Part shown: in pieces, positions 20,120 to 29,542 of the stretch | Layout of the letters: every line of letters begins with the position of its first letter | How positions within the stretch are numbered: position 1 is the first letter of the stretch | From: Casimicrobiaceae bacterium | GTDB lineage: Bacteria; Pseudomonadota; Gammaproteobacteria; Burkholderiales; Casimicrobiaceae | Direction: 5' to 3' | NCBI GenBank assembly: GCA_036553845.1 | Contig: DATBOK010000095.1 | Span: 1,644-65,643 of the forward strand | DNA length: 64,000 nucleotides | Notes under the pieces: model-generated | Databases searched by the model: none | What the model saw: the letters and a program-made list of their open reading frames with translations, nothing else | What the model was told of the DNA's origin: nothing | Made by a program: the position numbers and the translations under genes

Positions 20120-21202
20120 ATGCGGGGCAAGCGGGTGGGGTGGGGATGGGCGCAGAGGCTGCGCCTGCATGGGCCGCGCGGGCGTGACGCCGGGGCGCGT
20201 GCGGCGTGCGCGGCGTCCGCGCTTCGGCGTCACATCGTCGCGCGCTGCGGCGCGGCGCTCATGGTGGCTTGCGCCCTCGCGCTGCACACGGCCGGCGCGG
20301 CGGCGCAAAGCGCGGATCGCGTCCTCACGCTGGTGGTCGCGTCGTCGCCCGGAGGCGGGGTCGATCGCACCGCGCGCCTGCTCGCGCCGAGGCTCGGCGA
20401 ACTGCTGCATCAGCGCGTGATCGTCGAGAACCGCGACGGCGCCGGCACGCGACTCGCCAGCGACTACGTGTCGAAGGCGGCGCCCGACGGCAACACCCTG
20501 ATGTTCAGCACCGGCGAGGCGACGATCGACCTCGCGTTCGACCCGCGGGCCAAGCCCAACATGCTCGAGGATCTGCAGCCCGTGACGCTCGTCGCCGTCT
20601 GCCAGATGTTGCTGCTCGTCAACGCTGCGTCGCCGATTCACAGCGTACAGGACCTGATCGCGCGGGCACGCGCGGCGCCCGGCCGCCTCAACTACTCGAC
20701 GGCGGGCGTGAAGACCACGATGCACCTGGTGGGCGAGCGCTTCAAGCAGCGCACGGGCACCGACATCGTGCACATCCCGTTCAAGGGCACGGTGCCCGCG
20801 CTGACGTCGCTGGTGGCCGGCGATGTCGACCTCAACTATGCGGCGCTGCCCTCCGCGCTGCCGTTCATCGACGGCGGCAAGGTGCGCGCGATCGCGCTGG
20901 CCGGCCCCGTGCGCTCGCCGCTGATGCCCGGCGTGCCGACGCTTGCCGAAGCCGGCGTCGACGGCATCGACGCGATGATCTGGTACGGACTGCTGGCACC
21001 CGTGGCGACGCCGCCGGCGCGCATCGAGACGCTGGCGCGCGCGGTGCGCGAAGCCGCGAACGACCCCGGTTTCCGCCGCGACCTCGCGGCGATGGGGCTC
21101 GAACCGTCGACCGGCACGCCCGCCGCGTTCGGCGCGATGCTGCGCGACGAAGTGAACCGTTACCGCGGCGTGATCCGCACCGCCGGCATCGTCGCCGAAT
21201 GA
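20120..21202 (+). CDS. Bug/TctC-family tripartite tricarboxylate transporter substrate-binding protein (copy 1)
   Basis: [41 protein letters not shown] and WYGLLAP. Start uncertain: 20120 (GGAGG RBS) or 20261. Confidence 0.9.
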   Translation: MRGKRVGWGWAQRLRLHGPRGRDAGARAACAASALRRHIVARCGAALMVACALALHTAGAAAQSADRVLTLVVASSPGGGVDRTARLLAPRLGELLHQRVIVENRDGAGTRLASDYVSKAAPDGNTLMFSTGEATIDLAFDPRAKPNMLEDLQPVTLVAVCQMLLLVNAASPIHSVQDLIARARAAPGRLNYSTAGVKTTMHLVGERFKQRTGTDIVHIPFKGTVPALTSLVAGDVDLNYAALPSALPFIDGGKVRAIALAGPVRSPLMPGVPTLAEAGVDGIDAMIWYGLLAPVATPPARIETLARAVREAANDPGFRRDLAAMGLEPSTGTPAAFGAMLRDEVNRYRGVIRTAGIVAE

Positions 21203-22173
21203 AACTGCCGGCGTGTATCGCGGTGATCGTCGTCGCCTGTGCGGTGCACGCCGCATGCGCGCCACCGGCCCGCGCGGCGCTGGGCGAGCGGCCAGTGACG
21301 ATCGTGCTGGCCGCGGCTGCCGGGGGCGGCATCGACCGCACCGCGCGCGTCCTCGCGCAGCGTCTCGCCGCGCGATGGCACCGCAACGTCGTCGTCGACA
21401 ACCGGCCCGGCGCCGGCGGGCGCGTCGCCGCCGACGTGGTCGCCAAGGCGCCGCCCGACGGCGACACGCTGCTGATGACGCCCAGCGGCGTGACGATCGA
21501 CCTCGCCAACGACCCGCTGCAGCGGCCCAACATCCTCAACGACCTGGCGCCCGTGTCGAAGATCGCTTTCTGCCAGATCCTCATCGTGGTGAAACCCGCG
21601 CTGCCGGCGCGCGACGCGCGCGAACTGGTGGCGCTTGCCCGCGCGGCCCCCGGCACGCTCAACTACGCGTCCTCCGGCGTGCTGTCGACCATGCACCTCG
21701 TCGGCGAGCTCTTCAAGCAGCGCACGGGCACCGACATCGTGCAGATTCCGTTCAAGGGCGAGGTGCAGGAGCTCGCCGCCGTCATCAACGGCAACATCGA
21801 CGTGGCCATCGTCACGCTGCCATCGGCGCTGTCATTCGTGAACGCGGGTCAGGTACGCGCGCTGGCGGTCGCCAGCCGCGAGCGCTCGCCGCTGATGCCC
21901 GACGTGCCGACGCTTGCCGAGTCGGGCATCGACGGCGTCGAGGCCGATTCCTGGTATGGACTGCTCGCGCCCGCGGGCACGCCGGGCGCAATCGTGGAGG
22001 CGATCGCGCGCGACGTCGCCGCAGTCTCCGCGATGGCCGACTACCGGCATACGCTCGCGACGATGGGCGTCGAGCCTGCACCCAATTCACCGGCGGCGTT
22101 GGGCGCATTGCTGCGCGCCGAAGTGGCGCGCTACCGCGATGTCATCGTGGCTGCGCGCATCCACAACGAATGA
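21199..22173 (+). CDS. Bug/TctC-family substrate-binding protein (copy 2)
   Basis: GGGIDRTAR, VDNRPGAGG, PPDGDTL, PDVPTLAESG and WYGLLAPAGTP. ATGA overlap with copy 1. Confidence 0.9.
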   Translation: MKLPACIAVIVVACAVHAACAPPARAALGERPVTIVLAAAAGGGIDRTARVLAQRLAARWHRNVVVDNRPGAGGRVAADVVAKAPPDGDTLLMTPSGVTIDLANDPLQRPNILNDLAPVSKIAFCQILIVVKPALPARDARELVALARAAPGTLNYASSGVLSTMHLVGELFKQRTGTDIVQIPFKGEVQELAAVINGNIDVAIVTLPSALSFVNAGQVRALAVASRERSPLMPDVPTLAESGIDGVEADSWYGLLAPAGTPGAIVEAIARDVAAVSAMADYRHTLATMGVEPAPNSPAALGALLRAEVARYRDVIVAARIHNE

Positions 22174-22237
22174 CGATGCAGGCCGTGCGCGAGGGCCGCA
22201 TCGTGCGCCGCAGGCGACTGGCGCCAGGAGTGCAACC

Positions 22238-24865
22238 ATGATCGAGATGACCGACGCCGCGACGGCGACCGCCGCCGGCGATGACTCGTGGCCTGTCGCG
22301 GCGGACGCCACGCCGCTGACGATCGCCGGTGCCACCGCGCAAGCCAGCGACACGATCGCGACGCGCGTCGCGCGGTTTGCGCAGCAGTCGCCGGAAAACC
22401 TCGCGCTCGTCGACGGCGACCTGCGCGTCACGTACGCGATGCTCGACGCCGAGGTCTCGGCGCTCGCGCGGCGGATCGTCGCGTTGGGCGCAGCTCCCGG
22501 CGGCCGCGTGGCGCTGCTGTTCCACGACAAGATGGCGGCGGTGCGCTCGATCGTTGCCACCGCACGCAGCGGACACGCATATGTCCCCCTCGATCCGGCC
22601 GATCCGGAAGAGCGCCTGCGCTTCATGCTTGCGGACAGTGCGCCGCTGGCGCTCCTGACCGACGCGTCGCTGCTCGATCGTTCGCGCGCGCTCGTGCCGG
22701 CCGGATGCGTGGTGCTCGACGTGGCGGCACGCGACGACGCCGGCGTCGAACGTGCACTCCCCGACGTAGACGGTGACTCGACGGCGCACCTTTTCTACAC
22801 CTCCGGATCGACCGGCCAGGCGAAAGGCGTGCGCCAGACCCATCGCAACCAGCTCTTCTTCGTCGACACGTACCAGCGCACCACGGGGATCGGACCCGGC
22901 GACCGCATTTCGCTGATGTATTCGCTGAGCTTCGCCGCCGGCATCGCCGGCATCTACCGCGGCCTCGCGCTCGGCGGGACACTGTGTGCATACGATCTCA
23001 AGCGCGACGGTATCCAGGGCCTCGCCCTGTGGCTCGATCGCGATCGCATCGCGATGCTGCACACGTTCCCGAAAGTGTTTCGCGAACTCGCGGGCCCGCT
23101 GCCTGCGCAGCGCGTGTTTCCCCACCTGCGAATCGTGCATCTCGGCGGCGAGTCGCTGTTCGCCGGCGACGTCGAGCTTTTCCGCCGCCACACGCCGCCG
23201 CAATGCCGGCTGGTGCACCAGCTCTCGGCGAGCGAGATCGGCACGATCGCGTCCAACGTCATCGACCACGCGACGGTGATCGACGCGGGTGGCGTCGTCA
23301 GCGTGGGCCGCCCGATCCCCGGCGTGCGCCTCGAGGTCCGCCGCGACGACGGCAGCCTCGCACCGATCGGCGAGGCCGGCGAAGTGGTCGCCTGCAGCCG
23401 ACATTTGAGCCCGGGCTATTGGAACCGGCCCGATCTCGACGCGCGCGCGTTCGGCGACGATCCGCAGGATGCGGGCGGGCGCTGCTACCGCACCGGCGAC
23501 TTGGGCCGCCTCGACGACGATGGCCGGCTGCACTTCCTCGGGCGCATGGGCAGCCGCGTCAAGATCCGCGGCTACACGATCGACCTCGCCGAAGTGGATG
23601 CGGCCCTTGCCGCATGGCCGCACGCGACGGGCGTGGTGGCGGCCGCCGAAAGCGACGATGCGGACGCCACCGCGGCGCGCATCATCGCCTACGTCGAGCC
23701 GCGTACCGGCGCGCCGCGCGACGCCGCGGCGGTCAAGCGCTTCGTCGCCGGCAAACTGCCGCTGCACATGCTGCCGGCCGAAGTGCGCTTCGTCGCCGCG
23801 CTGCCGCGCACGGCGGGTGGCAAGCTCGACCGGCGGCGCCTCGCCGAGGCGGAGCGCCTGCCTGCGAGCGCCGGCGCGGCGGCCGCGCCCCGCGATGCGA
23901 TGCAGGCCGCGGTCGCGCACGTATTCGCACAGCTCTTGAAGATAGAAGGTGTCGGCCCGGACGACGATTTCTTCCTGCTGGGCGGCGACTCGCTGATGGC
24001 TGCCGAGCTGCAGGCGCGGATCCGCGAAACGTTCGGCGTTCACGTCGATCACCTGCACCGCGACGCCACGGTCGCTGCCGTCGCCGCGGGCATCCGCCAG
24101 AGCCTCGCGCGGTCGCCGGCGCGCACTCGCGCGATGCCGCTGCTGGTGCCGTTGTGGCAGCACGGCCGCGCGACGCCGCTGTTCATGGTGCATGGCCGCC
24201 ACGGCCAGGCGTACGTCAGCCCGCATTTCATGAAGCTGCTGGGCGACGACCAGCCGGTGTGGGTGTCCCAGGCGCGCGGCCTCGACGGCACGAGCGAGCC
24301 GCACGCCACCATCGAGGCGATGGTCGACGACTACGTGGCGGAAGTGCGCAAGGTGCGGCCGCATGGCCCCTATTTCCTCGGCGGCCTGTGCGTGGGCGGC
24401 TTCATCGCCGCGGCAATGGCGCGCGCGCTCGCCGACGCCGGCGAGACGGTGCTGCCGCTGCTGATGCTCGACCCGCCCATTCGCGTGCGCGGGCGCACCG
24501 AGGCGCATGCCGACCCGGCGCACGTCGCGGGCAAGATGCGCGCGCGCCACGCCGCAGGCAAGCTGTCGGGGCCGATGGACGACCCGCAGTACCTCGAGGC
24601 CTCGGTGCGCACGGCGGCCGCGTTCAACGACGCGGTCGCGCGCTACACGCCGGCGCCCTACGCCGGCGATGTGTACGTGTTGTCGAGCCGGCACCGGATG
24701 CAACTCACCGATCCGATGGATCTGCGCGCGGTATTCACCGGTCGCGTCAAGCGTTACGAAGTCGGCAATGCGCACGGCGACGCGCTCGATCCGCGCAACC
24801 CGGTGTTCGCGAGCACGCTCAAGCGCTGCATCGGACTCATCCACGAGGCTGCGCCGGTCGCGTAG
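22238..24865 (+). CDS. Monomodular NRPS-like enzyme, A-T-TE
   Basis: A3 YTSGSTGQAKG, A7 YRTGDLGR, A8 GRMGSRVKIRG and A10 PRTAGGKLDR; T domain FFLLGGDSL; TE GPYFLGGLCVGG. AGGAG RBS. Confidence 0.9.
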   Translation: MIEMTDAATATAAGDDSWPVAADATPLTIAGATAQASDTIATRVARFAQQSPENLALVDGDLRVTYAMLDAEVSALARRIVALGAAPGGRVALLFHDKMAAVRSIVATARSGHAYVPLDPADPEERLRFMLADSAPLALLTDASLLDRSRALVPAGCVVLDVAARDDAGVERALPDVDGDSTAHLFYTSGSTGQAKGVRQTHRNQLFFVDTYQRTTGIGPGDRISLMYSLSFAAGIAGIYRGLALGGTLCAYDLKRDGIQGLALWLDRDRIAMLHTFPKVFRELAGPLPAQRVFPHLRIVHLGGESLFAGDVELFRRHTPPQCRLVHQLSASEIGTIASNVIDHATVIDAGGVVSVGRPIPGVRLEVRRDDGSLAPIGEAGEVVACSRHLSPGYWNRPDLDARAFGDDPQDAGGRCYRTGDLGRLDDDGRLHFLGRMGSRVKIRGYTIDLAEVDAALAAWPHATGVVAAAESDDADATAARIIAYVEPRTGAPRDAAAVKRFVAGKLPLHMLPAEVRFVAALPRTAGGKLDRRRLAEAERLPASAGAAAAPRDAMQAAVAHVFAQLLKIEGVGPDDDFFLLGGDSLMAAELQARIRETFGVHVDHLHRDATVAAVAAGIRQSLARSPARTRAMPLLVPLWQHGRATPLFMVHGRHGQAYVSPHFMKLLGDDQPVWVSQARGLDGTSEPHATIEAMVDDYVAEVRKVRPHGPYFLGGLCVGGFIAAAMARALADAGETVLPLLMLDPPIRVRGRTEAHADPAHVAGKMRARHAAGKLSGPMDDPQYLEASVRTAAAFNDAVARYTPAPYAGDVYVLSSRHRMQLTDPMDLRAVFTGRVKRYEVGNAHGDALDPRNPVFASTLKRCIGLIHEAAPVA

Positions 24866-24870
24866 CGGGC

Positions 24871-25170
24871 GTGCCCCTCGGCCGCGCGGGCAGCCGCGTC
24901 AAGCTGCGCGGCTACACGATCGACCTGGCGGAAATCGAAGCTGCGCTGGTGGCGGTGGCGCATGTGTTCGTCGAGCTGCTGAAGCTCGACGGCGCCGGGC
25001 CGCACGACGATTTTTTCCTGCTCGGCGGCGATTCGGTGATGGCGGCGGAACTCGTCACGCGCATCGAGGCCGCGTTCGGCGTACGTGTCGGCGAGCTGCA
25101 GCACGGCGCGACGGTGGCCGCCATCGCCACCCGCATCCGTCTCGGTCTCGCGCCGGCGTCGCGCGGCTGA
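24871..25170 (+). CDS. 99-aa carrier-protein ORF with an N-terminal adenylation A8 stub (deletion-derived paralog of the upstream NRPS; possibly a pseudogene remnant)
   Basis: GTG start 5 nt after the NRPS stop. LGRAGSRVKLRGYTIDLAEIEAAL is fused directly to AVAHVF...DDFFLLGGDSVMAAEL. Confidence 0.65.
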   Translation: MPLGRAGSRVKLRGYTIDLAEIEAALVAVAHVFVELLKLDGAGPHDDFFLLGGDSVMAAELVTRIEAAFGVRVGELQHGATVAAIATRIRLGLAPASRG

Positions 25171-25213
25171 GAACGTCGCGCCGCCGGTCGATCGAAGCGA
25201 AGACCTGGCGTTG

Positions 25214-25798
25214 TCAGCCCGGCGCCGGAGCGAACAGCGCCGTCACGCCGAGGATCGCGAACAGTACCGCGGCCGCGATGCGGATCGCCCTGAATGGAAT
25301 CTTCTTCGTCGCGAACCCGGCGAACAGCACGGTCGGCACGTCGACGATCAGCATGCCGAGCGTGGTGCCCGCCACGACGGGCACCAGCTGGCCGAAGCGG
25401 GACGCCAAGATCGCGGTCGCGACCTGCGTCTTGTCGCCCATCTCGGCGAGGAAGAACGCGACCAGCGTCACGGCGAACACGCCGTGCGGCGACGTCGCCG
25501 GCGCCTCCCCGGCGTCGAGCGAATCCGGCTTCAGTGCCCATGCCGCAACGGCGAAGAACGACAGCGCAACGAGCCAGCGCAGGACATCAGGTGCGACGAC
25601 CGCGCGGATCCACGTGCCCACCGCGCCGGCGATCGTGTGGTTGACGAGCGTGGCGGCGAGGATGCCGAGGATGACCGGCCAGGGCGCGCGGAAGCGCGCC
25701 GCCAGCAGCATCGACAAGAGCTGGGTCTTGTCGCCGATCTCGCCCAGCGCGACCACACCGGTGCTGACGAGGAACGCCTCGAGCGAATTTCCGACCAA
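25214..25798 (-). CDS. TMEM165/GDT1 (UPF0016) family cation (Mn2+/Ca2+) exporter
   Basis: Two EXGDKTQ motifs (GEIGDKTQ and AEMGDKTQ). Start uncertain (TTG at 25798). TATAAT on the minus strand at 25851-25856. Confidence 0.9.
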   Translation of the reverse strand: MVGNSLEAFLVSTGVVALGEIGDKTQLLSMLLAARFRAPWPVILGILAATLVNHTIAGAVGTWIRAVVAPDVLRWLVALSFFAVAAWALKPDSLDAGEAPATSPHGVFAVTLVAFFLAEMGDKTQVATAILASRFGQLVPVVAGTTLGMLIVDVPTVLFAGFATKKIPFRAIRIAAAVLFAILGVTALFAPAPG

Positions 25799-25913
25799 AG
25801 GGGATGCGGCGCGCCCCGGAGGCGGGTTCGCCGAGGGATGAAATGGCACAATTATATGTTCACCCGCAGATGGACCGCCGTTACGCGGCCGTGAACGCAC
25901 CGGACTATCATCG

Positions 25914-28109
25914 ATGATCGCTCGCCCTGCCCTCGCGCTGTGTCTCGCCATCGCCGCCGCCGGCGCGACGGCGGCGCCGGTGCGCACGGGTCACGTCACC
26001 GCGGAACTCGTTGCGCAGAAGACGGCATTCGTCCCCGGCGCCGACAACGTCGTCGCGCTGAAGCTGACGCTGGACAAGGGCTGGCACACCTACTGGCGCA
26101 ATGCCGGCGATTCCGGGCTGCCGACCACGCTTGCATGGACGCTACCTGCAGGCATCAGCGCGGGACCGATCGAATGGCTGCCGCCGCAGCTCCTGCCCGC
26201 AGGCCCGCTTACCAACTACGGCTACGAAGGCGTGGCGTGGCATCCCGTCACGCTGCATGCGGCGCCCGGCGCGGCGCTCGGCAGCCGCGTCGCGCTTGCG
26301 GCACGCGCCGACTGGCTCGTATGCCGTGAAGCCTGCATTCCCGAGGGTGCCGACCTCACGCTCGCGCTCCCGGTCGCCTCGCAGGCTGTCGACGATCCGC
26401 GCGACGGTGCGGCGATCGCCGCGGCACGCGCACGCGTGCCCGCGCCGCTCGCCGCCGCTGGCTGGACGGCGAGCGCGCGTGGCGAAGGCCAGCGCGTCGC
26501 GCTCGAATTGCGTCCGCCCGCAGGAGCTGCCGATCCGGGCGTGCTGCGCTTCTTCCCGAACGACGATGGCCGCATCGAGCCCTCGGGCGCCCAGGTACTG
26601 GCGCGGCAAGGCGACGGGTACGTGCTGACGCTGCCGGTGGCATGGCAGCTCGACAAGGGCTTCACGCGCGTGAACGGGCTGCTGGCCGCCAGCGGCGCGG
26701 GATTCGGCGGTGCGCGTGCCGCGACGGTCGACGTGCCGCTGCAGGGCGCGGTCGCCGCGGGCCCGAAGCCCGTCGATGCCGCCACGGCGCCGATGCTACC
26801 CGACCTCGCGGTGCCGAGCGCCAACGATACGATGACACTCGCGCTGGCGGCGCTCTTCGCGTTCGTCGGCGGCATGATCCTCAATCTCATGCCTTGCGTG
26901 TTCCCGGTGCTGTCGCTCAAGGTGCTGGGCTTCGCGGCACGCCACGACGATCGCGCGACGATGCGCCGCGAGGCGATCGCGTTCGCCGCCGGCGTCGTCG
27001 TCACCTTCGTGCTGCTCGCCGTGCTGCTGCTCGCGCTGCGCGCGGCGGGACAGGAGCTCGGCTGGGGATTCCAGCTGCAGTCGCCCGTCGTCGTCACCGT
27101 GCTCGCGATCCTGTTCTTCGCGCTCGGGCTCAACCTCGCCGGCGTGTTCGAGTTCGGGCAGCTCGCGCCTGCCGCGTGGCGCGGCTGGACCAGCACCAAC
27201 CGCACGCTCGACGCCTTTGGTTCCGGCGTGCTGGCGGTGGTGGTCGCGTCGCCCTGCACCGCGCCGTTCATGGGCGCGGCGCTCGGCTTCGCGCTGTCGC
27301 AATCGGCGGCATCCACGCTGGCGATCTTCGTGATGCTCGGCATCGGCATGGCGCTGCCCTACGCGCTGCTCGCCTGGTTTCCGGGATGGCGCCAGCGCCT
27401 GCCGCGCCCGGGCGCGTGGATGCTGCGGTTGAAGCAGCTGCTGGCGTTCCCGATGTTCGCCACCGTGGCATGGCTCGCCTGGGTGCTGGGGGCGCAGATC
27501 GACAACGACGCCGTGCTGCGGCTTTGCGTCGTGCTCATTGCGATGGCGTTCGCGCTGTGGGCGCTGAACGTGCGTCGCGGTGGCGGCGCGCGCGCATTTG
27601 GCGTCGCAGCGGTCGCCGCCGCCGTGGTGGCGCTGGTGCTGGTGGCGCCGCTGGCCGCCGTCACCACGCGCGACGCCACCGTCACGACGGCGGGCGCTGC
27701 GGATGATTGGCGGCCGTTCGCGCCGGCGATGGTGCGCGATCTCGCCGCCGCGGGCCGGCCGGTGTTCGTCGACTTCACCGCCGCATGGTGCGTCACCTGT
27801 CAGGTGAACAAGCGCACGACGCTCGCCCGAGCGGCCGTGCGCGACGCGTTCGCGCGCGCCAACGTCGCGCTGGTGCGCGCCGACTGGACGCGGCGCAATC
27901 CGGTGATCACCGAAGCGCTGGCGGCGCTCGGCCGCAACGGCGTGCCGGCGTACGTGCTCTACCGCCCCGGCCAGTCGCCGCTGCTGCTGCCCGAGATCCT
28001 GACGCAGCAGGCGGTGATCGACGCGCTGGCGACGTTGCCGGCGCAACCGGCCGCGCGCGAACGCGCGGGCGGTGCGGTGGCCGCCGGCTACGGCGCCGCT
28101 TCCCAGTAG
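25914..28109 (+). CDS. dsbD: Protein-disulfide reductase, DsbD family
   Basis: N-domain GWHTYW and WLVCREACIP, membrane-domain cysteines NLMPCVFPVL and ASPCTAPF, and thioredoxin domain FTAAWCVTC. Confidence 0.88.
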   Translation: MIARPALALCLAIAAAGATAAPVRTGHVTAELVAQKTAFVPGADNVVALKLTLDKGWHTYWRNAGDSGLPTTLAWTLPAGISAGPIEWLPPQLLPAGPLTNYGYEGVAWHPVTLHAAPGAALGSRVALAARADWLVCREACIPEGADLTLALPVASQAVDDPRDGAAIAAARARVPAPLAAAGWTASARGEGQRVALELRPPAGAADPGVLRFFPNDDGRIEPSGAQVLARQGDGYVLTLPVAWQLDKGFTRVNGLLAASGAGFGGARAATVDVPLQGAVAAGPKPVDAATAPMLPDLAVPSANDTMTLALAALFAFVGGMILNLMPCVFPVLSLKVLGFAARHDDRATMRREAIAFAAGVVVTFVLLAVLLLALRAAGQELGWGFQLQSPVVVTVLAILFFALGLNLAGVFEFGQLAPAAWRGWTSTNRTLDAFGSGVLAVVVASPCTAPFMGAALGFALSQSAASTLAIFVMLGIGMALPYALLAWFPGWRQRLPRPGAWMLRLKQLLAFPMFATVAWLAWVLGAQIDNDAVLRLCVVLIAMAFALWALNVRRGGGARAFGVAAVAAAVVALVLVAPLAAVTTRDATVTTAGAADDWRPFAPAMVRDLAAAGRPVFVDFTAAWCVTCQVNKRTTLARAAVRDAFARANVALVRADWTRRNPVITEALAALGRNGVPAYVLYRPGQSPLLLPEILTQQAVIDALATLPAQPAARERAGGAVAAGYGAASQ

Positions 28110-29542
28110 CCGCCGCCCAGCGCATTGACCAGCGCCGCCGTATCGGCGAAACGCGCCGCCGCGGCATCGCGCTCGGACAGCGTCGCTTCGAGCCGCGTGC
28201 GCTCGGCGTCCAGCAGCGCGAGCTCGCTCACGCCGCCCAGATCGTAACGCTGGCGCGTGATCGACCACGCGCGCTCCGCGGCGGCTGCGGCCGCGGCGCG
28301 CGCGTCCTGTGCGCGCGCATCCGCCTCCAGCGCGCGGATCGCGTCGGCGACTTCCTGCAGACCATGCAGCACGCTCTCGCGATACGCGGCCCTGGTGGCG
28401 TCGTATGTCGCGATCGCCGCGCGCTTGCGCGCCGAGAGCTCGGGGCCGCGCAGCAGCGGCTGCGCGAGGCTCAAGCCGATGCTCCAGATGTTGATGCCGT
28501 TGGCGATGTCGGCGAGCGAGTTGCGCGTCGACGAGGCATTGCCGGAAAAGCTGAATTGCGGGTAGAGCGCGGCGGTGGCGACGCCGACGTCGGCGCTGGC
28601 GCGATGCAGCAGCGCCGCGGCGGCGCGGATGTCCGGGCGGCGCGCGGCGAGCGTCGACGGCAGCACCAGCGGGATATCCGGCGGCAGGCGAAACTCCTCC
28701 AGCGTGAACGGCGGATCCGCGGCCTGCGACGGCTCGCGCCCGGCGTAGACGGCGAGGCGGTGCGCGGTACGCGCGAGCTCGGCTTCCAGCGGCGGCCGGC
28801 GCGCATCGGTCTCTGCGACCAGCACCCCCTGGCTCGCGAGGTCGACTTCGGCGATGGCCCCCAGGTCGAAGCGCTTCTGCGCGATCGCGAACGTTGCCCG
28901 CTGCGCGTCGGCGATGCGCGCGAGCGCCGCGAGCTGCGCCACGAGCGAGGCCTCGTGCAGCGCGGCAGTGACGATGTTGGCGGCGAGCGTGCGCTGCGCC
29001 GCCTCGAGCTCGTAGCGAGCGTAATCGACGTCGGCGCCGAGTCCTTCGATTGCGCGGCGAGTGCCACCGAACACGTCGAATGTGTAGCCGACGCCGACGC
29101 CGATGTCATAAAGCGTGAACGGGCCCGGGTTGGGCGCCTGCGGGAAGCCCAGCGCCGCCGGATCGATGCGCTGGCGTTCGATGCCGGCGCGCAAGGTGGC
29201 GCTGGGCCACAACGCCGCGCTCTCGGCGGCCTCGCGCGTCTCCTGCGCGGCGACCAGCCGCGCGCGTGCCTCGGCGAGCGTCGGGCTCGCCGCCAGCGCG
29301 GCGCGCAGCAGCGCGTCGAGCCTGGGTGCCTGGAACAGCGCCCACCAGTCGGCGCGGATGTCGGCGGCGGCGGCGAAGCGCTGCGTCGCGCCTGCCGCGG
29401 TGATCGTCGCCGGCGCGGCGCCGGCCACGTATGTCGCGCTCGACGTCGACGCGGGCGCATGGAAATCGGGGCCGACCGTGCATGCGGCGAGGCCCGCGCA
29501 GGCGACGGCGATGGCGACGGCTTGGCGCAGTGCAGCGTGCAT
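28088..29542 (-). CDS. Outer-membrane efflux lipoprotein (NodT/OprM family)
   Basis: Lipobox LAACTVGPDF, RRPDIRAA, ALYP, and C-terminal ALGGG. Confidence 0.92.
   Translation of the reverse strand: MHAALRQAVAIAVACAGLAACTVGPDFHAPASTSSATYVAGAAPATITAAGATQRFAAAADIRADWWALFQAPRLDALLRAALAASPTLAEARARLVAAQETREAAESAALWPSATLRAGIERQRIDPAALGFPQAPNPGPFTLYDIGVGVGYTFDVFGGTRRAIEGLGADVDYARYELEAAQRTLAANIVTAALHEASLVAQLAALARIADAQRATFAIAQKRFDLGAIAEVDLASQGVLVAETDARRPPLEAELARTAHRLAVYAGREPSQAADPPFTLEEFRLPPDIPLVLPSTLAARRPDIRAAAALLHRASADVGVATAALYPQFSFSGNASSTRNSLADIANGINIWSIGLSLAQPLLRGPELSARKRAAIATYDATRAAYRESVLHGLQEVADAIRALEADARAQDARAAAAAAAERAWSITRQRYDLGGVSELALLDAERTRLEATLSERDAAAARFADTAALVNALGGGYWEAAP

Noticed and set aside
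25799-25913. yybP-ykoY manganese riboswitch expected upstream of the UPF0016 gene
   Set aside because: I could not find the conserved riboswitch core, and the TATAAT at 25851-25856 leaves only a ~45-nt leader. An Infernal scan would settle it.
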